Shown: positions 1 to 8,477, numbered from the stretch's first letter. The stretch: 51,781 bases of DNA from an uncultured Methanosarcinales archaeon (GCA_964593285.1 CAZQHZ010000002.1:16858-68638); one strand, 5' to 3'. Translations and numbers: made by a program. The notes: generated by a model not told the origin, from the sequence alone.

Positions 1-5
1 AAAAA

Positions 6-845
6 ATGATAATTAAAAATAAAAGAAAAGGTGCAGTAACTTTTGAAATGGTGCTTATTTTATTAGCTTTATTTATTTTATTTATTTTTATCATGTATGT
101 TTTTTCTAAATTTTCAATAACTAATAAAATTTCTGAAGCAGGTTGTAATTTAGGTCTTGATAAAATTTTTGTTAAAATGTGTGGAGAAAAAGATTCTATT
201 TTTATTGTTTCAAAAGATGGTTCTATAAGATTACCTAATTCAAATTTAGATTTATCTAAAATTTCTATTGAATTTAATCCAAAGGATAATGTTCCTAATG
301 AATATGGGATGAAAGGTAAGGTTTATTTAATTGATGTTTATAATGCTGCAAAAAATGCAAATGTTAATTATTATCTTCTTTTAGCTATTGGTGCACATGA
401 AAGTGGAGATTTTCAATATAATAAAAATTTAAAAGGAAGTGGTGCTCATGGTGTCATGCAGATGTTTCCTTTGGCAACTATTGATGTTTATGATAAACAT
501 AAAACAACTTTAAAACAATTGTTTCCTGAAAAGATGAAAGATATAAATAATGAAAATGATGTTGAAAATAAAATTTATAATGATTATTTTTTAAGTTGGA
601 ATAGGGAAGATGTAAAAATGCAACTTCAGTTTGGTGCTTATTATATTAGGATTATTGAGGATTATTTAAAATATTATAAAAAACCATATGATGTTCGTAC
701 AGTAATTCAAGCATATCATGATGGTATTGGACATATAACAAAAGATGGAAACTCTATTATTTGCGAAAAAAAACCAGAATCATGTAGTGCATCAAATAAT
801 TATTATGCAAATGTAATGGAAAAATATGATGGTTTAATTACTTAA
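6..845 (+). CDS. Pilin-like (class III) signal peptide protein with a C-terminal lytic transglycosylase (SLT/GH23-like) domain
   Basis: The N-terminus MIIKNKRKG|AVTFEMVLILLALFILF has a basic stretch, then Gly, then a hydrophobic helix with Glu at +5. Later AIGAHESGDF, GAHGVMQMFPLAT and AYHDG match the SLT catalytic E-S, GxxGLMQ and AYNAG motifs. Confidence 0.75.
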   Translation: MIIKNKRKGAVTFEMVLILLALFILFIFIMYVFSKFSITNKISEAGCNLGLDKIFVKMCGEKDSIFIVSKDGSIRLPNSNLDLSKISIEFNPKDNVPNEYGMKGKVYLIDVYNAAKNANVNYYLLLAIGAHESGDFQYNKNLKGSGAHGVMQMFPLATIDVYDKHKTTLKQLFPEKMKDINNENDVENKIYNDYFLSWNREDVKMQLQFGAYYIRIIEDYLKYYKKPYDVRTVIQAYHDGIGHITKDGNSIICEKKPESCSASNNYYANVMEKYDGLIT

Positions 846-864
846 AATTTATGAGGTGCTTTAG

Positions 865-1149
865 ATGTTAAATAAAAAAGGTATTGAAATTGGTTTGAAT
901 ACAATTGTTGTTGCTGTAATTGCTCTTGCTGTAATGCTAGTTGTTTTATTAGTTTTTACTGGTAGATTTGGTATATTTTCAGGTCAATTACAAGAATGTG
1001 AAAATATTGGCGGTGTTGAAATGACTGGAAGTGAATGTGATGGCAGGGTTGTTGAAATAAGTGATGGGAAAGAATGTTGCGTTAGTTTAAAATCAAAATC
1101 TCCTGAACTTGAAGAAAATAGTGGTTCATCAGATTCAATTCAAACCTAA
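865..1149 (+). CDS. Small type IV pilin-like protein (class III signal peptide) with a Cys-rich C-terminal domain
   Basis: The N-terminus is MLNKKG|IEIGLNTIVVAVIALAVMLVVLLVF. AGGTG lies 7 nt upstream of the ATG. The ectodomain has 4 Cys ending in CCVS. It is a tandem paralogue of 1173..1433. Confidence 0.7.
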   Translation: MLNKKGIEIGLNTIVVAVIALAVMLVVLLVFTGRFGIFSGQLQECENIGGVEMTGSECDGRVVEISDGKECCVSLKSKSPELEENSGSSDSIQT

Positions 1150-1172
1150 CGTAAATTTATGAGGTGCTTTAA

Positions 1173-1433
1173 ATGTTAAATAAAAAAGGTATTGAAATTG
1201 GTTTGAATACGATTGTTGTTGCTGTAATTGCTCTTGCAGTTTTACTTGTTGTTTTACTTGTGTTTACTGGTAGATTTGGTTTATTTTCAGATCAATTACA
1301 AAAATGTGAAAATTTACTTGGAGAGCCAAAAGATAAAGATGATTGTGAAGAGGAAAATGGAAGAGTTGCATTTGTTATTGATGATAATGAAGTTTGCTGC
1401 GTTAGTAAAAGTTCAATAGCACCGGGTGATTAG
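1173..1433 (+). CDS. Small type IV pilin-like protein, tandem paralogue
   Basis: Its RBS and first ~47 codons are near-identical to 865..1149. The C-terminus is diverged but keeps the C...C...CCVS pattern. Confidence 0.7.
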   Translation: MLNKKGIEIGLNTIVVAVIALAVLLVVLLVFTGRFGLFSDQLQKCENLLGEPKDKDDCEEENGRVAFVIDDNEVCCVSKSSIAPGD

Positions 1434-1436
1434 TAA

Positions 1437-1700
1437 ATGTTTTTAAAGAAAAAAGGAGAAGTTAATTATTTATTGGTTTCAATTGTTATTGCATTAGTTT
1501 TTTTATTAAGTTATGTTATTTTAACAACTGATATTGTATCTAATGTTTTTGGTGGAGTTGAAGTTGTTGAAAATGAAGCTATTTTAAAAGCTAAATGTAT
1601 GACAAATGATGCAACACTTGATACAACAGGTAATGGATTTCGAGATGATGTTATTACAGAAAACGGAAAAGAATATAATTGTGCTAAATTAAATGAATAA
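1437..1700 (+). CDS. Small pilin-like protein with a class III-type signal
   Basis: The N-terminus is MFLKKKG|EVNYLLVSIVIALVFLL, followed by a short 2-Cys ectodomain. It starts 4 nt after the previous stop. Confidence 0.55.
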   Translation: MFLKKKGEVNYLLVSIVIALVFLLSYVILTTDIVSNVFGGVEVVENEAILKAKCMTNDATLDTTGNGFRDDVITENGKEYNCAKLNE

Positions 1701-1703
1701 AAA

Positions 1704-2321
1704 ATGAAAAAAAAGGCTTCATTAAATATTAGTTTAGAAACACTGGTTGGAATAATTATTGCAGTTATTGCAATTGTTTTTATTTATTCTATTATTTCTA
1801 GTTTAATTTTAACATTTACTAAAGAAGATAGATTACAAATGGATAATTTTTATAATTTGAGAAATTTACTTGAAAATCAACAAACAGATGTTAATTTTTT
1901 TGGATTTGTTAAAAAAGATTATGTTATTTTGGGATTTAATAAATATCAACGTACATTAACTGGAGAATGTCAAAATTATTGGTTTGGAACAAAACTATTA
2001 AGTACAAAAGTAAAATCTGCAGATTTTTCTATTCGACGTGATTATTTAAAATGCCCTTTAGAGTTTCCTTGTATTTGTTTATGTAAATTAGAATTAAATT
2101 CACATACTGCAGATTGTTTTGATCATGGAATTTGTTTACCATTAACTTCTGAAAATACTAAGGATATTAAATTTAGTGGATTTAAAGGAAAGAAAGGAAA
2201 ATATAAAGAAGAAAGTTGTAATATTCCATTAATTTATACTGGTGGGGATTATGTTGTAAATTATTGTTTGGTTGAATCGGATGATAAAATTATTTTTGAA
2301 CCAGGTGACTGTGAGTCATAA
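1704..2321 (+). CDS. Larger pilin-like/secreted Cys-rich protein
   Basis: The N-terminus is MKKKA|SLNISLETLVGIIIAVIAIVFIY, followed by a ~170-aa domain with many Cys (CPLEFPCICLCK, CFDHGICLP). It is the last gene of the co-directional array. Confidence 0.55.
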   Translation: MKKKASLNISLETLVGIIIAVIAIVFIYSIISSLILTFTKEDRLQMDNFYNLRNLLENQQTDVNFFGFVKKDYVILGFNKYQRTLTGECQNYWFGTKLLSTKVKSADFSIRRDYLKCPLEFPCICLCKLELNSHTADCFDHGICLPLTSENTKDIKFSGFKGKKGKYKEESCNIPLIYTGGDYVVNYCLVESDDKIIFEPGDCES

Positions 2322-2405
2322 AACCTCGAAAAAATCAATAAATTTAAATACTTCATAGTTCATAAATATACTAAATAAACAATTTTTGGGGTGAATTAAC
2401 AAAAA

Positions 2406-2633
2406 ATGGCAAGAACTAAAAAAGTTGCAAAAGTAGGTATTAAAAAAGAAGAAGGATATCTTTATTTTGTTGATAAAGATGGAGATATTTCTCAAGTTTT
2501 AATGAATAGGGGCGGAAAAAAGAAGAAAAAAACAGCAAAAGCACCAGTTAAAAAAAAAACTGCTAAAAAAGTAGCAAAGAAAAAGCCAGTGAAAAAAAAA
2601 GTAGTTAAAAAAAAACCTACTAGAAAAAGATAA
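2406..2633 (+). CDS. Small basic protein with a lysine-rich histone H1-like tail (putative nucleic-acid binding)
   Basis: A ~35-aa N-terminal module (EEGYLYFVDKDGDISQV) is followed by a KKKKKTAKAPVKKKTAKKVAKKKPVKKKVVKKKPTRKR tail. GGGGTGA lies upstream of the ATG. Confidence 0.5.
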   Translation: MARTKKVAKVGIKKEEGYLYFVDKDGDISQVLMNRGGKKKKKTAKAPVKKKTAKKVAKKKPVKKKVVKKKPTRKR

Positions 2634-2668
2634 TTTTATTAAAATTTATCAAAAAAAGTAGATAAATT

Positions 2669-4996
2669 TTAATTATTTTTTTTAATAATTCTATAATTAT
2701 TTTTAATGTCTTTTATGCTATATCCTTTTTGTTCTATTTTTTCTCGTAATTTGTCTGATAATTCCCAGTTTTTTTCATTTCTTGCAATTAACCTTTCTTC
2801 TGCTAAATCTATTATTTCTTTTGGTATTTGTTCTTCTTTATAATCAAGGATTCCTAAAATTGTATCTAACTTATTTAATTCGTCTTTAATTTTATTTGCA
2901 TTTTCTTTTGAAATTCGATTTTCATCAATTAATTTATTTATTTTTTTTATAAATTCAAACAATGATGCTATTGCTTCTGGTGTGTTTAAATCATCATCCA
3001 TTGCTTTGATGAAATGTTCATTTAATTCATTTATTAAAATGTCAATTCCTTTATTATTATTTTTATTATTATTTTCAATATCATTTAGTCTTAAGATAAA
3101 TTCATTTAATCTATTAATTGTGTTTTCTGCAGCGTTTAAACTTTTGATTGTTAAATTTAATTGTTGTCTGTAATGAGTTGAGATTAATAAATATCTTATT
3201 GCTTTTTCACTAAAACCTTTTTTTAATAAATCTCTGATTGTATAAAAATTACCAAGGCTTTTAGACATTTTTTTACCATCAACTATTAAATGATTACAAT
3301 GTATCCAGTAATTTACAAAGGTTTTTTTAGTTAGTGCTTCAGATTGTGCAACTTCATTTTGGTGATGTGGGAATACTAAGTCAATTCCTCCTGTGTGAAT
3401 GTCAATACATTCTCCTAGATATTTCATAGACATTGTAGAGCATTCTAAATGCCATCCTGGCCTGCCCTTTCCAATTTCAGTTTCCCAAAATACATCTTTG
3501 TCTTCTTCTTTTTTATAGGCTTTCCATAATACAAAATCTGATGCATTTTCTTTTTCATAATTATCATGGCAAATTCTTGCACCTTTTTTTAAATTATTTA
3601 AGTTAATATTTGCCATTTCACCATATTTTTTGAATTTAGAAATATCAAAATAAATGCTACCATCTTCACTTTTATAAGCATAACCTTTATCTAAAAGTTT
3701 TTTTACAAATTCTACCATTTCATTAATTGTATCTGTTGCTTTTGGAATAAATTCTGGTTTTAAAATATTTAAGGATTTAAAATCTTTAAAAAATTCATTT
3801 GTATAAAAGTTTGTAAATTCTGTTAGTGTTTTATTTTCATTTATTGAGCCTTTTATTGTTTTATCATCAACATCTGTTATATTCATTACATGTATTACTT
3901 CATATCCTTTAAATAAAAGATATCTTTTTAGTAAATCTGAAAAAATATAGCTTCTAAAGTTTCCAATGTGGGCATAATTATATACTGTTGGACCACATGT
4001 ATACATTTTAACTTTGTTTTTTTCTAATGTTATAAATTCTTGTTTTTTTCTAGTTAAAGTATTAAATAGTTTAAAGCTCATTTTATCACCTTCTATTAAT
4101 TTGGTACTTAAATATTTTTCTGCTCTATCTGGAAATATTATTACTATGTTTAATTCTTTATCTTTACATCCTTTATTAAATTCTTTTGCTTTTTTTAATG
4201 CGCCAAAAAGCGCGGCACCTGAGCTCATTCCAACAAATATTCCCTCAATTTTCATTATTTGTCGTGCATAATTGTATGCATCTTCATCAATTACTGTAAT
4301 TTTTTCATCATATAAATTTTCATCATAAATTCCAGGGACAATTGCTTCATTCATATTTTTTAGACCTTGTATTTTATGACCAATTGTTGGCTCAACTGCA
4401 ATTGTTTTTATTTTTTTATTGTATTCTTTTAATTTTTTAGAGCATCCAATAATTGTTCCAGAAGTTCCAAGTGCACATATAAACATGTCAATGTTTGGTA
4501 AGTCTTTTATTATTTCATTTGCTGTTGTTTTATAATGTGCTAGGTAGTTATTTTTATTATTGAATTGATCTGGCATGAAATATTTTTCTGGATGTTTTTT
4601 AACTAAGTATTTACATAATTTAATAGCACCATCTGTTCCTTCATCTTTTGGGGAAAGAATTATTTTTGCACCTAAAGCTTCTAATACTTTTCGTCTTTCA
4701 ATACTTACAGCTTCACTCATTACAATTTCAACATTATATCCTAATACTGCGCCAACCATAGCAATACCAATTCCAGTATTTCCAGATGTTGGTTCAATTA
4801 TCGTTTTGTCTTTTGTTAATTTTTTTTCATTTATTGCATTATTTATCATTTCAAGTGCAATTCTATCTTTTATGCTCCCACCAGGATTTAGTCCTTCTAA
4901 TTTTGCATAAATATTGACATTTTTGTATGGATTTATTTTGTTTAATTTTATTAAAGGAGTATTTCCAATCATTTCAATTATATTATTATATATCAT
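2669..4996 (-). CDS. cysK-cysS: Fusion ORF: cysteine synthase (CysK/CysM family, PLP-dependent) plus cysteinyl-tRNA synthetase
   Basis: Residues 1-304 carry GNTPL, SIKDR (PLP Lys), TSGNTG, GTSGT and YLST. Residues 305-775 begin MSFKLFNTLTRKKQEF and carry HIGN (the HIGH motif) and KMSKS. Confidence 0.85.
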   Translation of the reverse strand: MIYNNIIEMIGNTPLIKLNKINPYKNVNIYAKLEGLNPGGSIKDRIALEMINNAINEKKLTKDKTIIEPTSGNTGIGIAMVGAVLGYNVEIVMSEAVSIERRKVLEALGAKIILSPKDEGTDGAIKLCKYLVKKHPEKYFMPDQFNNKNNYLAHYKTTANEIIKDLPNIDMFICALGTSGTIIGCSKKLKEYNKKIKTIAVEPTIGHKIQGLKNMNEAIVPGIYDENLYDEKITVIDEDAYNYARQIMKIEGIFVGMSSGAALFGALKKAKEFNKGCKDKELNIVIIFPDRAEKYLSTKLIEGDKMSFKLFNTLTRKKQEFITLEKNKVKMYTCGPTVYNYAHIGNFRSYIFSDLLKRYLLFKGYEVIHVMNITDVDDKTIKGSINENKTLTEFTNFYTNEFFKDFKSLNILKPEFIPKATDTINEMVEFVKKLLDKGYAYKSEDGSIYFDISKFKKYGEMANINLNNLKKGARICHDNYEKENASDFVLWKAYKKEEDKDVFWETEIGKGRPGWHLECSTMSMKYLGECIDIHTGGIDLVFPHHQNEVAQSEALTKKTFVNYWIHCNHLIVDGKKMSKSLGNFYTIRDLLKKGFSEKAIRYLLISTHYRQQLNLTIKSLNAAENTINRLNEFILRLNDIENNNKNNNKGIDILINELNEHFIKAMDDDLNTPEAIASLFEFIKKINKLIDENRISKENANKIKDELNKLDTILGILDYKEEQIPKEIIDLAEERLIARNEKNWELSDKLREKIEQKGYSIKDIKNNYRIIKKNN

Positions 4997-5552
4997 TTTT
5001 TATTTCCTCTATAATTTTTGTAAATTAATTTTATATTAAAAATTTAAAGTAATTTTATAACAATAAATATTTAAAACAGTTATTTAATTTAAAGAAAATA
5101 GTAGCAACAATAATCAATTATACTTTTTGTTTGTACATCTTTAGTTATCATTTTTTTAAGTATTGTAAACTTATTTTTAAATTTTTAGGAATAATATTAA
5201 TTTAAATATTATAATTTGATATAAATAAATATATAAATTATTTTGTGAAATTTTTATAAATTTTATAAATTTTGATGGTGTTATTTATAAAAAAATATAT
5301 TTATTGTATATTATTATATATTATTTATATATAAATATATTTATCATTGTAATATTTTAATTTTTATTTGATAGTGATATTTAAAATGAAGGTGTGCTAA
5401 AAAATATAAAATTTTTAATAATTTTTTATTTAAAAACACAACTTTTATAAATAAATCGATTTTCTTAAAAAAAATATCAATTATTTAAAGAAAAATTTGA
5501 AAAAAATTATTAAATTTGATTGATAAAAAACCAAGCCTGGAAAAGAGTTTTT

Positions 5553-5583
5553 CAGTACGAGGTTCTAATAAGAGCTCGTTCTG
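5553..5583 (+). promoter_or_regulatory. Hairpin in the putative leader of the ribosomal protein operon
   Basis: CAGUACGAG (5553-5561) pairs with CUCGUUCUG (5575-5583), giving 8 of 9 pairs with one U-U mismatch and a 13-nt loop. It sits in the only GC-containing island of a 630-bp AT-rich spacer, 44 nt upstream of the rpl3 ATG. Confidence 0.3.
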
Positions 5584-5626
5584 GATTATTTTTAAAAAAT
5601 GCTTTGTTTTAAATTAAAAGATAAAA

Positions 5627-6619
5627 ATGCCAAAATCACACAAACCAAGATCAGGGTCAATGCAATATTGGCCAAGAAAACGAGCTAAAAAACCACTAGC
5701 TAAAATTAGGTCATGGGCTAAATTAAAAGATGCAAAATTATCTGGATTTGCAGGATATAAAGTTGGTATGACTCATGTATTAATTGAAGATACTCGTAAA
5801 TTTTCAAAAACAAAAGGAGAAAAAATAAGTGTGCCTGTTTCAATTATTGAATGTCCTCCATTAAAAATTTATTCCGTAAGATTTTATAAAAAAGTTTATG
5901 GCGGTTTAAAAATTGTTAATGAAGTATTAATTAAAACAAACGATAAAGAATTACAAAGAAGTGTTGTTTTACCAAAAAAAGATTTAAACAAATTAGAAGA
6001 TGTTAAAGTAGAAGATTTTGATGAATTACGTGTTATTGTTTATACTCAACCAAAATTTACAAATATTGGGACTAAAAAACCAAGTTTATTTGAATTAACA
6101 ATTACTGGTTCAAACGATATTGCATTAGAATATGTAAAATCTAATATTAATAAAACTATAAGTATTAATGATATTTTTTCGGCAGGTCAATTAGTTGATT
6201 TTCATACAATTACTAAAGGAAAAGGTTTTCAAGGCCCAGTTAAAAGATTTGGTGTTTCAATTAGATCTCATAAATCTGAAAAAACTAAAAGGGGCCCTGG
6301 AAGTATAAGTGGTGGTTGGATATCAGCTGGCCATATGATGTATAGGGTTGCAAAAGCAGGTCAGATGGGTTACCATATGCGAACAGAATATAATAAACAA
6401 ATATTTGCTATTGAAAATGATGTAAAAAAAATAAATCCAAAAGGCGGTTTTATTAGATTTGGTGTTGTTAAGTCGGATTATATTTTAGTTAAAGGTTCAG
6501 TTGGTGGAAGCAAAAAAAGATTATTAAAATTTTGCTTTCCGATTAGAAAAAATAGAAAAATTTCAGAAGAAGCACCAAAAATTTTAGATATTAGTTTAGA
6601 ATCAAAACAAGGAAGATAA
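5627..6619 (+). CDS. rpl3: 50S ribosomal protein L3 (uL3)
   Basis: The sequence contains PRSGSMQYWPRKRA and FQGPVKRFGV. It is the first gene of the conserved archaeal r-protein cluster. Confidence 0.95.
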   Translation: MPKSHKPRSGSMQYWPRKRAKKPLAKIRSWAKLKDAKLSGFAGYKVGMTHVLIEDTRKFSKTKGEKISVPVSIIECPPLKIYSVRFYKKVYGGLKIVNEVLIKTNDKELQRSVVLPKKDLNKLEDVKVEDFDELRVIVYTQPKFTNIGTKKPSLFELTITGSNDIALEYVKSNINKTISINDIFSAGQLVDFHTITKGKGFQGPVKRFGVSIRSHKSEKTKRGPGSISGGWISAGHMMYRVAKAGQMGYHMRTEYNKQIFAIENDVKKINPKGGFIRFGVVKSDYILVKGSVGGSKKRLLKFCFPIRKNRKISEEAPKILDISLESKQGR

Positions 6620-6620
6620 A

Positions 6621-7472
6621 ATGAAAATTCCATTAATAGATTTATCAAATAAAGAATTAAAAAAAATTGATTTACCTAATCAATTCAATGAAATGGTTAG
6701 GGAAGATTTAATTAAAAAAGCGGTTTTAGCAATTAATGCAAACAAAAGACAACCTTATGGTGCAAAACCTGATGCTGGAAAAAGAGCATCTGCAGAACTT
6801 TCAAGAAGAAGAAAAAAATATAGGGGAAGTTACGGCCAAGGTATTTCAAGAGTTCCAAGAAAAATTTTAAGCAGAAGAGGAACACAAATGAATTGGGTTG
6901 GTGCTTTTGCTCCTGGAACTGTTAAAGGAAGACGTGCACATCCTCCAAAATCAATAAAGATTTGGACTAAAAAAATAAATTTAAAAGAAAGAAGACTTGC
7001 AATTAGATCTGCATTGTCCGCATGTATTCAAAAAAAATTGGTTGAAAATCGAGGCCACATTGTTCCAGAAAATTATCCATTTGTTATAGAAAATAAATTT
7101 GAAAAATTAAATAAAACAAAAGAAGTTTTAGAGACATTAAAAAATGTTGGTTTAACATCAGAATTATCAAGAATTGCTGTTAAAAAGATAAGGGCAGGAA
7201 AAGGAAAGATGAGGGGCAGAAAATATAAAGTTAAAAAAGGCCCTTTATTAGTTGTTTCAAAGGATTGTCCTTTAATTAAATCTGCAAGAAATATTATGGG
7301 TGTTGAAGTAATTTTAGTGAACAAGTTAAATGCAAAAGCACTTGCTCCAAATACAACTATTGGAAGGTTGTGTGTTTTTACTGAAGATTCAATTAAAAAA
7401 CTTTCAGAAGATAATTTATTTACAAATATAAAAATGAAAAAATCACAAAAAGCAGGTGCTTTAAATGAGTAA
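6621..7472 (+). CDS. rpl4: 50S ribosomal protein L4 (uL4)
   Basis: The sequence contains RQPYGAKPDAGKR and GKGKMRGRKY. It occupies the expected operon position after L3. Confidence 0.95.
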   Translation: MKIPLIDLSNKELKKIDLPNQFNEMVREDLIKKAVLAINANKRQPYGAKPDAGKRASAELSRRRKKYRGSYGQGISRVPRKILSRRGTQMNWVGAFAPGTVKGRRAHPPKSIKIWTKKINLKERRLAIRSALSACIQKKLVENRGHIVPENYPFVIENKFEKLNKTKEVLETLKNVGLTSELSRIAVKKIRAGKGKMRGRKYKVKKGPLLVVSKDCPLIKSARNIMGVEVILVNKLNAKALAPNTTIGRLCVFTEDSIKKLSEDNLFTNIKMKKSQKAGALNE

Positions 7473-7719
7473 TGTTATACTTTATCCATTGTCTACAGAA
7501 AAATCAATAAGGTTGATGGAATCTGAAAATAGTTTGGTTTTTGTTGTGAATAGAAAATCAAACAAAAAAGAAATAAAAGAAGACATGGAAAAAAAATATA
7601 AAATGAAAGTTTTGAAGGTAAATACTTTGATAACAAAAGATGGTATAAAGAAAGCATATGTTAGGTTTGCAGATGAAACACCTGCAATCGATCTTGCAAC
7701 AAAATTAGGAATTATGTAA
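7465..7719 (+). CDS. rpl23: 50S ribosomal protein L23 (uL23)
   Basis: The sequence contains ILYPLSTEKSIRLMESENSLVFVV. It overlaps the L4 stop and follows operon order. Confidence 0.93.
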   Translation: MSNVILYPLSTEKSIRLMESENSLVFVVNRKSNKKEIKEDMEKKYKMKVLKVNTLITKDGIKKAYVRFADETPAIDLATKLGIM

Positions 7720-7751
7720 AATTTATAATAAAAAAATAAAAATGATTAACG

Positions 7752-8477
7752 ATGGGTAAACGAATTATTTCACAAAGAAGAGGAAGTGGAACTTCAAGAT
7801 ATAAATCACCTTCACATAGGTTTGATTCTAAACCTAAATTAATTAAGTTACATGATGGAATAATTAATGGAAAAATTATTGATATTATGCATTCAAGAAC
7901 ACACAGTTCCCCATTAATTGAGGTTGATTATGATGGGACAAAAGTTAGATCAATTGCACCAATAGGTGTTAGAATTGGAGATAGTGTTGTTTCAAATAGT
8001 AAGGATATAGCTGTTGGAAATACTTTGTGTTTAAAGGATATACCTGAAGGATCATTCATTTTTAATATTGAATCAAAACCAGGAGATGGTGGAAAATTTG
8101 TTAGGGGATCTGGTTGTTTTGCAAAAATTATGGCAAAAAATTCAAAAAAAGTTGTAATTATTATGCCATCAAAAAAGAAAAAAGAATTTTCACCGTTATG
8201 TAGGGCTGTTATAGGCGTTGTTGCTGGTGGTGGAAGACTTGAAAAACCGTTTGTTAAAGCTGGCGCAAAATTTTTTAAAATGCGTGTAAAAAATAAACTT
8301 TGGCCAAGAACTGAAGGTGTAAAAATGAATGCAGTAGACCATCCATTTGGAAATTCAAGATCAAGTAAAAAAGGAAGACCTACCATTGCAAGAAAACATG
8401 CACCTGCTGGTGCTAAAGTTGGAAAAATTAGACCTAGTAGAACTGGTAAAAAGATGGGTAGGATTAAAAAAAATTAA
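7752..8477 (+). CDS. rpl2: 50S ribosomal protein L2 (uL2)
   Basis: The sequence contains MGKRIISQRRGSG and NAVDHPFGNSRSSKKGRP. Confidence 0.96.
   Translation: MGKRIISQRRGSGTSRYKSPSHRFDSKPKLIKLHDGIINGKIIDIMHSRTHSSPLIEVDYDGTKVRSIAPIGVRIGDSVVSNSKDIAVGNTLCLKDIPEGSFIFNIESKPGDGGKFVRGSGCFAKIMAKNSKKVVIIMPSKKKKEFSPLCRAVIGVVAGGGRLEKPFVKAGAKFFKMRVKNKLWPRTEGVKMNAVDHPFGNSRSSKKGRPTIARKHAPAGAKVGKIRPSRTGKKMGRIKKN

Noticed and set aside
1228-1419. A 63-aa ORF in an alternative frame of the second pilin-like gene.
   Set aside because: It is same-strand and out of frame inside 1173-1433, whose product has a clear class III signal and a paralogue. The alternative product has no features.
4997-5530. A 630-bp AT-rich spacer with many short A/T repeats, considered as a replication origin or CRISPR leader.
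   Set aside because: I could find only low-complexity A/T words (tataaat variants). There are no repeated ORB-like boxes, no adjacent cdc6/orc1 gene and no repeat-spacer structure. This is not supportable from the sequence alone.
7928-8386. Long antisense or alternative-frame ORFs from the six-frame track inside well-supported genes. Examples are 7928-8386, 10249-10794, 11593-11895, 12344-12613, 16326-16658, 26897-27172, 40927-41226, 45536-45838, 2982-3173, 4014-4271, 4575-4910 and 17222-17479.
   Set aside because: Each lies entirely within a gene with clear family motifs on the other strand or frame. Their translations are low-complexity F/L/I/S-rich strings typical of antisense AT-rich coding DNA, and none has an AGGTGA-type RBS.
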